Below, piece by piece: positions 1 to 8,118 of a stretch of DNA of 14,819 nt (within the stretch, counting starts at the first letter, position 1; the number at the start of each line of letters is the position of its first letter). The stretch is from the NCBI GenBank assembly GCA_043754515.1, contig JAYUUO010000080.1, forward strand, positions 1 through 14,819, given 5' to 3'. This stretch comes from Armatimonadota bacterium. Its GTDB lineage: Bacteria > Armatimonadota > Armatimonadia > Armatimonadales > Armatimonadaceae. Below the pieces are notes generated by a model. The model saw only the letters and a list, made by a program, of their open reading frames with translations, did not search any database and was not told where the DNA came from. A program made the position numbers and the translations under genes.

Positions 1-32
1 CACTATGGTAGACTGCAAAAATGCGATTCGGC

Positions 33-78
33 GATCTACATATTGTGTTTCTGCAGTTGCAGACCCCATATATTGTGT
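33..78. promoter_or_regulatory. Tandem NrdR-box-like operators
   Basis: gatCtAcATaTtGtgt (33-48) and accCcAtATaTtGtgt (63-78) both fit the NrdR consensus acaCwAtATaTwGtgt; they are 30 bp apart start-to-start, about three helical turns. Confidence 0.7.
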
Positions 79-146
79 AAAATGGGGCTGAATAGTTACG
101 CTTTAATTACGTTTTGAGTCGTAGTTTTTGGTTGTTTTTGGAAGTG

Positions 147-461
147 ATGGAGACCATTGATCTGCCGGTGGAATTCCTATCCGCGACCGATCACACCATT
201 GAGGAGCAGGCAAGGTTCGACCAGGGGAGGATCATAGATGATTACCATTCGGAGATGTCCCAGACTGGTTCCCTTTTATGGGAGGCTTGTATGATGCCTT
301 TTTTGGCGCTCGGTAGTGGTGACTCTATATGTGTTGACACCCGACACTGCGAACAATGCCCCGTAACAATCTATGATCATGAGGATGGCAGCTTTGCCCC
401 ACTAGCCGATTCTTTCGATGATTGGATCAAGTCCATTCCCGAGTTCTTCCGTGGTTGGTGA
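147..461 (+). CDS. SMI1/KNR4 (SUKH)-family protein, short or N-terminally truncated
   Basis: C-terminal pattern PFLALGSGDSICVD...PVTIYDHED...LADSFDDWI is typical of the SUKH fold. ATG 147 is preferred over TTG 114. The region is lower in GC than its neighbours. Confidence 0.6.
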   Translation: METIDLPVEFLSATDHTIEEQARFDQGRIIDDYHSEMSQTGSLLWEACMMPFLALGSGDSICVDTRHCEQCPVTIYDHEDGSFAPLADSFDDWIKSIPEFFRGW

Positions 462-536
462 GACAATTGCTCCTGAGATCTGCGGTTAAGGAAGTGGCCG
501 CACCCCCCACCCTCGCAACCAAGCGTCACATCAGGC

Positions 537-566
537 GGGGCGGGGCACCGCGCCCCGCCCCTTTTT
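537..566 (+). terminator. Intrinsic terminator between convergent genes
   Basis: GGGGCGGGGC-accgc-GCCCCGCCCC (10-bp stem) followed by TTTTT. Confidence 0.75.
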
Positions 567-574
567 CGCGCCCC

Positions 575-1483
575 CTACTCCGGATTCGGCACGAACGCGT
601 CCCCGCCGCGACAGGCTTTCAGGTAGCGCATGCCGTGAACCTGCCCGGTGAGTTCCAGATCGCCCTTGTAAACCGGGTCGTGCCAGCCCTCAATGTCAAT
701 CGTGCCGGTGTAACCGAAGCGGCGCAGGTCGCTGATGACGTCCGCCCAGTTCGTGTCGCCGAACCCCGGTGTGCGGTGAAACACCCAGGGTGCCCCCCCG
801 GTAACGCCGTGTTTCGCGACCACGTCTCGAAGCACCGTGGCGTCCTTGCCGTGGACGTGGAAGATCTTGCCCGTCGGGAGCCACTCGCGTAGCTGCGGTA
901 GGGGGTCAATGAGTTGTGTCAACTGGTGGCAAGGCTCCCATTCCAGACCGATATTATCGTGCGGTAGCGCGTCGAACATCATCTCCCACGCCAGCGGGTT
1001 GTGCGCGATGTTCCAGTCGCCGCTACTCCAGGTGCCGCCCATCGGGCAGTTCTCGAACGCGATCCGAACGCCCTTATCCGCCGCACGCTTCGCGAGCGGT
1101 TCCCACACCTCTTTGTACCGGCCGATACTGTCGGGGATGCTCTTGCCGCGCACGCGGCCTGTGAATCCGGCGACGATCTTCGCGCCGTAAAGCGGGGCGC
1201 AGTCTATCGCCTCTTCCCAGGCGCGGAGTGTTTCGCGGTCAACGTCGGTGTCGCCGAGCGGGTTGCCGAAAACACCGAGCGAGCTGATGATCGCGCCCTC
1301 CCCCGCCGCCTCAACCACGAGCGGCGCGAGTTCGGCGAGTTTATGTCCGCCCAGAGTCTGCCAGAAGAAGAGTTGAAAACTCTCGAAGCCGTACGGCAGG
1401 ATCTGCCGAATATAGGAGACGGGGTCGGGCTGGCCGCCCTGCACGAGCGTGCCGATGCGAATGTCAAGTAACGGATTGTTCAT
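575..1483 (-). CDS. Sugar phosphate isomerase/epimerase (xylose isomerase-like TIM barrel, AP_endonuc_2 family)
   Basis: Metal-binding motifs IAFENCP, GLEWEPCH, FHVHGKD, PGFGD.NW and IDIEG; 302 aa. Confidence 0.85.
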   Translation of the reverse strand: MNNPLLDIRIGTLVQGGQPDPVSYIRQILPYGFESFQLFFWQTLGGHKLAELAPLVVEAAGEGAIISSLGVFGNPLGDTDVDRETLRAWEEAIDCAPLYGAKIVAGFTGRVRGKSIPDSIGRYKEVWEPLAKRAADKGVRIAFENCPMGGTWSSGDWNIAHNPLAWEMMFDALPHDNIGLEWEPCHQLTQLIDPLPQLREWLPTGKIFHVHGKDATVLRDVVAKHGVTGGAPWVFHRTPGFGDTNWADVISDLRRFGYTGTIDIEGWHDPVYKGDLELTGQVHGMRYLKACRGGDAFVPNPE

Positions 1484-1567
1484 AGGAATAACTTCGCCGC
1501 CGCCCCCGGTAATCCCTGCGCGCTAGCAAATAGCAGGATTATCCGCCGCCATGACGAAATTACAGTC

Positions 1568-2296
1568 ATGCGAGGCAAACTTACCAGACCAGTCTGCCCC
1601 GTATGTCACAAAGAGCGCGAGAACTCGGATCGGTTCTGCGTCTACTGCGGCGCGATTTTGCCGGATTCGGGTGCCCGCGCGTCACCGAGTCAGATGCCCC
1701 GCGCGACCGCCACGCCCGAAGAGCAACCGACTATACCGCCTAGCGAGCGGGCGAATCTGCTCGTATTCGCGCTGATGTTCCTCGCATTCCCCGCCCTGAT
1801 CTGGACCGCCTACTACCTCCTCCAGCGCAACGCGAAGCCCGCGCCGCGTCCCACGACCGCCCGCGCGCAACCGGTTCTGCCACCTGGTTTACCCGCGGGT
1901 GCCCCGGTCGCCCGGTTCCGCGACCTGACGCCCGCCGAGGTCGCGGACGCAACCCGCGAACTGAAGCCGCTCCTCGGCGATCTTTGGTATCCGGGCGCAT
2001 CCCTGCAAGGAAAGTACGCGGCATTCGTCGGGCGGACGGCGCGGCAGGGGGACCCGCGCTACCGGCTGGCTTATCCAGCCGTTATCCTGTTGCCGCCCCC
2101 CGATCAAGACTACAAAACGGTCTGCGCCTACTACGAGCGCGTCGCGCCGGGCGGCACCTATCAGAAGAACGGAAATTACATGGCCGACCAGATTCCGCGC
2201 CCCGGTGACGGCGTGCCGGTGCGCGTCATTGTCTCGCGACCGCCGCGCGGCCCCAACGCGGGCCGGGTGATCGTAATGACCCTGACGCTCCGTTAG
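1568..2296 (+). CDS. Hypothetical single-pass membrane protein with N-terminal zinc ribbon
   Basis: CPVC...FCVYCG zinc ribbon, Pro-rich linker and one hydrophobic helix (LLVFALMFLAFPALIWTAYYLL). Its stop overlaps the stop of the convergent channel gene (TTAG 2293-2296). Confidence 0.7.
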   Translation: MRGKLTRPVCPVCHKERENSDRFCVYCGAILPDSGARASPSQMPRATATPEEQPTIPPSERANLLVFALMFLAFPALIWTAYYLLQRNAKPAPRPTTARAQPVLPPGLPAGAPVARFRDLTPAEVADATRELKPLLGDLWYPGASLQGKYAAFVGRTARQGDPRYRLAYPAVILLPPPDQDYKTVCAYYERVAPGGTYQKNGNYMADQIPRPGDGVPVRVIVSRPPRGPNAGRVIVMTLTLR

Positions 2297-3450
2297 GGGG
2301 AACCCGGCTTTGCGGCACCTGTTCGGCGGCGCGGGCGGGTCTCGAAGAAATGATCTTCCCGGTCCCAGACCGATGTCTGCCAGTTGTCCGGCAGGTCATC
2401 GTTCGGGAGCCAGTCCGGGAGCGGCTGCGCCAGGCGGTTCGATAGGAATGTCACGTACGGCTCGTACAGGGTGCGCAACTCCGTCAAACGTACTACAGCC
2501 TCCTCGTTCTCGTTGAACGCGGTTCCGGCGTCGGTGATCAGTTTATGTAGAATTGCCAGACCTTCGGGCGGGAGGCGATCTACCGGGGGGCGGCTCGGCT
2601 CCACCCCGAAGACCAGCATCAGGTCAACCGCCGCGTGCCGCGCCATCGCGAACGTCAGCCGCGCCTGCCAGACCGGGCCTTGCGGGAGCGACGAGATGAT
2701 GAACGCGCAGGTGTCCAGAATCGTTGTCAGTGCCGATAGCCACGACTGCCGGTCGTGTTGCGAGCGGTAGAACATGAGCACCGGGTACGAAAGATGCGAT
2801 TCGAGCAGCTCCGCGCACCATTTCTCCCAGTCGCGCAGAAACTCGGGCAGGTCCGTTATGTCGCCGCACGACATGCACCCGGCGTACCGGCGTAGCAGTT
2901 CCCCGGCGGACGGCGGCGAGGACGCGCGTGAGTCGAGCAACGCGATCAGCACCTCGCGCCGCGCGAACGCGCCGTACAGCACGGGCAGGTAGCCGATAAC
3001 AATCGCGAGGAACCCGAACCCGACGCCCGCCTCCGCATCCGACAGAAACCGCCCCGCCGTGGATAACGGGGACACGTCGCCGAAGCCGAGCGTGATAAAC
3101 GTCGTCGCGGAAAGATACAGGTACGTGACGAAGCCGGGCACCGATTCCGGAGAATGGATCGGCAGATGAAGGCTCCAGCCGATGCCGGCGAAGGCGAGTA
3201 TCATCCCCGAAGCCCAGACGATGAGCAAAGCCAGCAGGGAGAATGGTCCGAAGGTTGCCAGGAAATTGTCGCGGGCGGCGGGCGGAAGGATGCGAGCGAG
3301 AGAGCGGTACGCGTGCCACAGGGTCTTGTAAAAGACGAGGGTTCCGCGCAGCGGCCGTTCGATGCGGCGCGGCAACACCAACGTCTCGAACCCCTCACAC
3401 ATGATATAGAAGAGAAGCAGGACGCAGAGAAGCAGAAGGACGATGTTCAC
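2293..3450 (-). CDS. Potassium channel family protein (Ion_trans_2 pore domain plus C-terminal cytoplasmic domain)
   Basis: Pore helix and filter YLYLSATTFITLGFGDVSP flanked by TM helices; GTG start. Confidence 0.85.
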   Translation of the reverse strand: MNIVLLLLCVLLLFYIMCEGFETLVLPRRIERPLRGTLVFYKTLWHAYRSLARILPPAARDNFLATFGPFSLLALLIVWASGMILAFAGIGWSLHLPIHSPESVPGFVTYLYLSATTFITLGFGDVSPLSTAGRFLSDAEAGVGFGFLAIVIGYLPVLYGAFARREVLIALLDSRASSPPSAGELLRRYAGCMSCGDITDLPEFLRDWEKWCAELLESHLSYPVLMFYRSQHDRQSWLSALTTILDTCAFIISSLPQGPVWQARLTFAMARHAAVDLMLVFGVEPSRPPVDRLPPEGLAILHKLITDAGTAFNENEEAVVRLTELRTLYEPYVTFLSNRLAQPLPDWLPNDDLPDNWQTSVWDREDHFFETRPRRRTGAAKPGSP

Positions 3451-3456
3451 TCCGCT

Positions 3457-3487
3457 ATCATACCGGTATCGTCCTCATACCGGTATC
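3457..3487 (-). promoter_or_regulatory. -10 box (TATGAT) of a probably leaderless channel gene, overlapped by two palindromic repeats
   Basis: The minus strand reads ccggTATGATagcggaGTG, with 6 nt to the start codon. TCATACCGGTATC occurs at 3458-3470 and 3475-3487. Confidence 0.55.
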
Positions 3488-3507
3488 CCCATGCTTAGTC
3501 AAGGAGC

Positions 3508-3523
3508 GCGGGTCGAAACCCGC
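3508..3523 (-). terminator. Small UUCG-loop hairpin downstream of the VOC gene (weak terminator or stabiliser)
   Basis: Minus strand GCGGGT-TTCG-ACCCGC, extendable by GGAG/CTCC; no strong U-tract. Confidence 0.3.
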
Positions 3524-3536
3524 CTTCTCCACGTCC

Positions 3537-3893
3537 TTATCTCGTCGGCTCCCATAGCTCGATCTTGTTGCCCTCGGGATCGTAGACCCAGGCAAACTTT
3601 CCATTCTCATCGTTCATGCGTTCGTCGTCAATCTTGGCGTTGTTGTTAGCAAGTTGTACAAGCATGGCGTCCAGGTCATCAACGCGGTAATTCACCATAA
3701 ACTGCTGGGTCTGTTGACCGAAGTAATCGGTCTTCGCGTCGAATGGCGCGAAAACCGTCGTGCCTTCTGTTTGTTGCCACACTTCGTTATTGCTCATTGC
3801 GCTGATGCCAAGGTTGTCTTGGTACCATTTGCCCAGCGCATCCGGGTTTTGTGACCTGAAAAACAGGCCACCGATGCCATTCACTTTCTGCAT
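3537..3893 (-). CDS. VOC/glyoxalase/bleomycin-resistance family protein
   Basis: GIGGLFFRS.NPDAL..WY...LG, FMVNYRVDDLD and GKFAWVYDPEGNKIELWEP. Confidence 0.9.
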   Translation of the reverse strand: MQKVNGIGGLFFRSQNPDALGKWYQDNLGISAMSNNEVWQQTEGTTVFAPFDAKTDYFGQQTQQFMVNYRVDDLDAMLVQLANNNAKIDDERMNDENGKFAWVYDPEGNKIELWEPTR

Positions 3894-4009
3894 GGAATAC
3901 TCATTTCTTTAAGAACGATTATTTATTACCGATTTTATGACACTCGCCCGTGGCTTGTTCGCGCGGGAAGTTCTGACCAGCCGAGCGACCCGATCAGACC
4001 GGCCCGGCA

Positions 4010-4984
4010 CTAAGGCGTGATCTTCTTGAGGTGGGTCGGGGGCCAGAACACGACATCGGCGCGTCCGATCACGCGCCCCGCCGGGAACGTGCCCCAGACA
4101 TGACTGTCCCGCGAATCGTTGCGGTTGTCACCGAGCACGAACAGCTCGCCGGGCGGCACCACCACGGGATTCATGTAGTATTGGGGGTCTTCGGCGACGT
4201 AGGATTCGGTTAGCACCGCATTGTTGCGCAGAACACGACCCGGCTGTATAACTACCGGCTCCCCCTCACGATCCACCAACACCGCGAACTGCTCCGGGGA
4301 AACGCGTCGGTCGCCCAACCACAGCCCGTCCGTGGTCAAACGTAGTTGCGGCGCGGGGATGGAGTCGGTGCCGCTAACCGGGCACCCCGCCGCGCACAGG
4401 TAAGAATAAAGGGCGTCGCGCGTGTACATCGTCGCCTGGTCCCCCGCGCCGACCACCACGAACCCTTCGCGCACCTCGATCGTGTCGCCCGGAAGCCCGA
4501 CGACGCGCTTGATGAAATCCGTCTCGTCGTTCGATGCCAACTTCGGCGAGCGGAACACGACGATATCGCCCCGCTCCGGCGCGTGAGCGCGGTACACCCA
4601 TTTGTTGACCAGGATATGGTCATCTTCCCACAGGGTCGGGTGCATTGAGCCGGACGGGATGAAGAACGACTGCATCAGGAACGGGCGAACGATCAGGAAG
4701 ACTAGCGTTATCGCGATAATGGCGGAGTCGCACACCTCGGCGCAGGCACGGAAGAAGCGAACCTTCGTCGTCGAAAGCAGGGCGCGAAGCAGTGTCAGCA
4801 GAACGAGAGCGAGTACGATATGCGTGGGCGACGCGGACGCGATCCGCTCCGTTATGTCGTTCACGCTACCGCCCGCCCCGAGTCCACGAAATATGATCCA
4901 CGATTCCAAATACGGCGAATCGGGGGCGAATGTTTCAGGAATCGGAGACTGGGAAAGGGGGCGCGGTTGAGTCCGCACCCCCAT
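4010..4984 (-). CDS. lepB: Signal peptidase I
   Basis: Boxes IPSGSMHPTL (catalytic Ser), RGDIVVF, DFIKRVVGLPGD (catalytic Lys) and FVLGDNRNDSRDS. It follows rplS. The true start may be GTG at 4864. Confidence 0.93.
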   Translation of the reverse strand: MGVRTQPRPLSQSPIPETFAPDSPYLESWIIFRGLGAGGSVNDITERIASASPTHIVLALVLLTLLRALLSTTKVRFFRACAEVCDSAIIAITLVFLIVRPFLMQSFFIPSGSMHPTLWEDDHILVNKWVYRAHAPERGDIVVFRSPKLASNDETDFIKRVVGLPGDTIEVREGFVVVGAGDQATMYTRDALYSYLCAAGCPVSGTDSIPAPQLRLTTDGLWLGDRRVSPEQFAVLVDREGEPVVIQPGRVLRNNAVLTESYVAEDPQYYMNPVVVPPGELFVLGDNRNDSRDSHVWGTFPAGRVIGRADVVFWPPTHLKKITP

Positions 4985-4999
4985 GGTAGTTAAAGGTAG

Positions 5000-5398
5000 T
5001 TACTTGCCGGTCGCCTGATCGGTCGGCATCCGCGAGAAGCGGCCGTTCCGATCTTCCTTGATACGCGCCGACTTGCCGACGCGCTCGCGCAGGTAGAACA
5101 GTTTCGCGCGGCGGACCATGCCGCGGCGCAATACTTCCACCCGGTCGAGGCGCGGCGAGTGGATCAGGAATGTGCGCTCGACCCCGACGCCGTTGGTGAC
5201 TTTACGCACCATGAACGAGTCGCGGACGCCCTCACCGTGCCGGGTGATACAAATGCCCTCGAAGATCTGGACGCGCTCTTTAGCACCTTCTATAACTTTG
5301 GCGTGGACACGGATCGTGTCGCCGCCACGGAATTGCGGGGTAGTCGCCTTTTTCTGCGCCGCCTCGATCTCATCTATGATACTTCTGTTAATAGCCAC
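5000..5398 (-). CDS. rplS: 50S ribosomal protein L19
   Basis: FRGGDTIRVHAKVIEG.KERVQIFEG, VRKV..GVGVERTF and VRRAKLFYLR; AGGAG RBS upstream of the GTG. Confidence 0.98.
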   Translation of the reverse strand: MAINRSIIDEIEAAQKKATTPQFRGGDTIRVHAKVIEGAKERVQIFEGICITRHGEGVRDSFMVRKVTNGVGVERTFLIHSPRLDRVEVLRRGMVRRAKLFYLRERVGKSARIKEDRNGRFSRMPTDQATGK

Positions 5399-5526
5399 TT
5401 AAACGGTTGCTCCTACTTTGTCATGATTTCGGCGCGTCCCCTGGCGGTCACATGGCGGGGCGACACCCCACCCGGACACGGGTTCTGACACCACGACGAT
5501 CCGAAGACCGCCGCACTGCCGGACGA

Positions 5527-6291
5527 TTACTCGCCCGAACTTCGCTCCGCGTCGTAGGCGTCCAGCAACTTCTGGTCGGCCTTAGACAGCGGCAAAAACT
5601 TTTCCCACAGGTCGGGGCGGCGCGAACGCGTCCGCACAAGCGATTGTGTCCGCCGCCACTTCGTAATATTCGCGTGGTGCCCTCCCTGCAAAGTATCCGG
5701 CACGCGCAATCCGCGAAACTCGGCGGGCCGCGTGTAGTGCGGGTATTCGAGGAGCGACTCCGCGCCGACCTCGCCCGTCCCGAACGACTCCTCGTGCACC
5801 GACTCGGCGTTCCCGAGCACATCCGGCAAAAGCCGCGTCACCGCGTCCAGTATCACGAGCGCGGGCAGTTCCCCGCCCGTCAGCACGTAATCGCCGAGAG
5901 ACAACTCCCGCGTCACCAGAACCTGCCGCACCCGCTCGTCAACGCCCTCGTAGTGCCCGCACAAGATCACAATACGCTGTTCCCTTGACAGTTCGCGCGC
6001 GATGGTCTGCGTGAACGGCTCCCCGTCCGGCGCGGGATACAGGACCGGGATGCCGACCTCGCCCTCCGTCAGATGCTCGACACACGCGAAGAGCGGGCCG
6101 GGAAGCATCACCATCCCCGCCCCGCCCCCGAACGGCGCGTCGTCGGTCGAGCGGTGCTTGTTGCCCGAATGGTCGCGTAGGTCATGCACCCGCAGATCGA
6201 GACTGCCCGTAGTCTGCGCCCGGCCCAGGATGGACGCCGCCGCCGCGTTTCGCACCATGTCCGGGAACACAGTCACGATGTCTACCCGCAC
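5527..6291 (-). CDS. trmD: tRNA (guanine37-N1)-methyltransferase
   Basis: [39 protein letters not shown] and [10 protein letters not shown]. Start reassigned to GTG 6291 ([12 protein letters not shown]), 1 nt after the rimM stop. Confidence 0.97.
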   Translation of the reverse strand: MRVDIVTVFPDMVRNAAAASILGRAQTTGSLDLRVHDLRDHSGNKHRSTDDAPFGGGAGMVMLPGPLFACVEHLTEGEVGIPVLYPAPDGEPFTQTIARELSREQRIVILCGHYEGVDERVRQVLVTRELSLGDYVLTGGELPALVILDAVTRLLPDVLGNAESVHEESFGTGEVGAESLLEYPHYTRPAEFRGLRVPDTLQGGHHANITKWRRTQSLVRTRSRRPDLWEKFLPLSKADQKLLDAYDAERSSGE

Positions 6292-6292
6292 G

Positions 6293-6907
6293 TCATGACT
6301 CGTCTTTCCGCAATCCCGGTATGTCTCGCACGAGCACCTGCCCCGCCGCCACGTCAACCCGGATTATCACCGAGCCGATCACGGGGATCATGGCCACTTC
6401 GGTTTCATACACGTCGTTCGCGTTCGGGATGAAATGCACGCGCAGGATCGTTCCGAGGCTTTTGCCGCTTTCGGAGACCACCGACAGCCCGACCAGATCC
6501 GCCTCGTAGAACGTATCCTCGCCGAGCGCGGGTAGCTCGCTCCGGCGGACGAACAATTGCGCGCCGGGGAACGTCTCCGCCTCGTTCCGGTCGGTCATCC
6601 CTTCGAGCGTGAGCAACGCCGCGCCCTGGTGCCGACGCAGGGACGCAATCTTGATGCGACGTTCTATCGCCTCGGATTTTTCCGCGCGGTCCTGCCAGCG
6701 GAACAGCACGGAAGGCAGTTTCAGCAGGCACTTCGGCTCGTCCATCAGCGGAAGCATCTTGATCTCGCCCCGTATCCCGAACGCCGCCGTTATCTCCCCG
6801 ACCAGGATCAGGGGGTCGGCCGGTAGCACGGGTTCGGACGCGCGCGCACCCGCGCCGGGGATATTGTCGGGGCCTGAGGCGTTGCCCTCACGCGCATCAT
6901 CTATCAT
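6293..6907 (-). CDS. rimM: 16S rRNA processing protein RimM
   Basis: [31 protein letters not shown] and ANDVY; canonical position between khpA and trmD. Confidence 0.95.
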   Translation of the reverse strand: MIDDAREGNASGPDNIPGAGARASEPVLPADPLILVGEITAAFGIRGEIKMLPLMDEPKCLLKLPSVLFRWQDRAEKSEAIERRIKIASLRRHQGAALLTLEGMTDRNEAETFPGAQLFVRRSELPALGEDTFYEADLVGLSVVSESGKSLGTILRVHFIPNANDVYETEVAMIPVIGSVIIRVDVAAGQVLVRDIPGLRKDES

Positions 6908-6958
6908 CGTTTACTTCCTGACCGAAACCGCGTGTTGGTCACTCGCGAACTGGCCGGG

Positions 6959-7189
6959 TCACGCGACGATCTCGACGAACACCTTTTTCTTGTTTTTGTC
7001 CAGGGCGATCTTCGCGATCGTGCGCAAAGCGTTCGCGTTGCGCCCCTGCTTTCCGATCACCTTGCCCAGATCCTCCGGCGCGACCCGTATTTCGTAAGTG
7101 GTCGCGTCGTCGGAGGGGATTTCGATTACCGTTACCCGTTCCGGCTCATCAACCAGCTTCTGAACTATGTACTCAATCAGATTCTTCAA
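6959..7189 (-). CDS. khpA: KH-domain RNA-binding protein KhpA/YlqC
   Basis: MKNLIEYIVQKLVDEPE...V.PEDLGKVIGKQGRNANALRTI; TTG start with AGGAG upstream; follows rpsP. Confidence 0.93.
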   Translation of the reverse strand: MKNLIEYIVQKLVDEPERVTVIEIPSDDATTYEIRVAPEDLGKVIGKQGRNANALRTIAKIALDKNKKKVFVEIVA

Positions 7190-7429
7190 TTTCGCGCTGA
7201 CTCCTGGTGCTGTTTTGTTCCGACGAGATCACCCGTGACCGAACTGCCTAGGTTTACAGCGAACGCGGTAATGGGAGTCGGCGGTGAAACGCGCCTCGTC
7301 GCCCTTGGACCACGACGCTGGCACATCCCCTACTTATGCCGCGACACCACCGGCATTCCGCAGTAACCAACCCTGGCCGACGCGGGATGCCGTTAGCATG
7401 ACGGGAGCAAGGAGCGTTGCCCGATCGTT

Positions 7430-7945
7430 CTACGCGGCGACTACTTCGGGCGTCGCGGCTTGCGTTGTCTCGGTCGTGGTATCCGCGACGACTTCCGGCG
7501 TCTCGGCGGTGTTCGTAACAACGTCCGATGTTTCGGCGGCGGTGTTTACAACCGGCTCCGCGACGGCGTCCGTTACCACTTCCGGGGTAGCGTCCGCGAC
7601 GACCGCGACCGGTTCGGTCGGAGTCGCCGCGGCCGTAGCAGGCGCGGCTTCCTTACTCACCGGCACTTCCTTCACCGGGCGGGGCAGGCTACGCGCCATC
7701 AGTCCCTTGCTCTTCAGGAGGGCGGCGGCCGTGTCGCTCGGTTGCGCGCCGACGCTCAGCCAGTAGCGAACGCGGTCTTCCTTGAGTACCACGATGGATT
7801 CCACGCCAGCGGCGACGATCGGGTTGTAGTATCCCAGTTCCTCAATATAGCGACCGTCGCGTGACCGACGCGAATCGGCGGCGACCACATGGTAGAATGG
7901 TCGCTTTTTCGCGCCGTCACGGCGCAGTCGAATCTTTACCGACAT
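7430..7945 (-). CDS. rpsP: 30S ribosomal protein S16 with long acidic C-terminal extension
   Basis: [41 protein letters not shown]...[12 protein letters not shown]. Confidence 0.97.
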   Translation of the reverse strand: MSVKIRLRRDGAKKRPFYHVVAADSRRSRDGRYIEELGYYNPIVAAGVESIVVLKEDRVRYWLSVGAQPSDTAAALLKSKGLMARSLPRPVKEVPVSKEAAPATAAATPTEPVAVVADATPEVVTDAVAEPVVNTAAETSDVVTNTAETPEVVADTTTETTQAATPEVVAA

Positions 7946-8071
7946 TATTGTTACCTGCTCCTGGTTTTTCCGCTGTTGTCACGTATCTGTTCCGCCGACT
8001 TTTCGGGGGTGACGCGACTCCGCTTCTGTCTAGTCGAGTGCAATGACGCCTTCCGGCGAATTGACCCGCGC

Positions 8072-8080
8072 ATTGTACCG
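8072..8080 (-). promoter_or_regulatory. Possible internal promoter (-10 TACAAT) for rpsP
   Basis: Minus strand gtgCGGTACAAT in the ffh-rpsP gap; no clear -35. Confidence 0.45.
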
Positions 8081-8118
8081 CACCGTTCGGCGTTTAGCCG
8101 CACGTAACGCCGCGTTTT

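Noticed and set aside
1..14. Possible third NrdR box at the window edge
   Set aside because: The core spacing is one base short of consensus and the site is cut by the window boundary.
3490..3960. VOC gene as an integron cassette
   Set aside because: No RYYYAAC...GTTRRRY attC structure was recognised, and no integrase is present.
6292..6357. Extended trmD N-terminus from the ORF track (also the extensions of ffh from 9738, fba from 10939 and DUF4365 from 12010)
   Set aside because: They overlap rimM, lie in leader/promoter/terminator sequence, or lack family-like sequence; the downstream starts match family N-termini.
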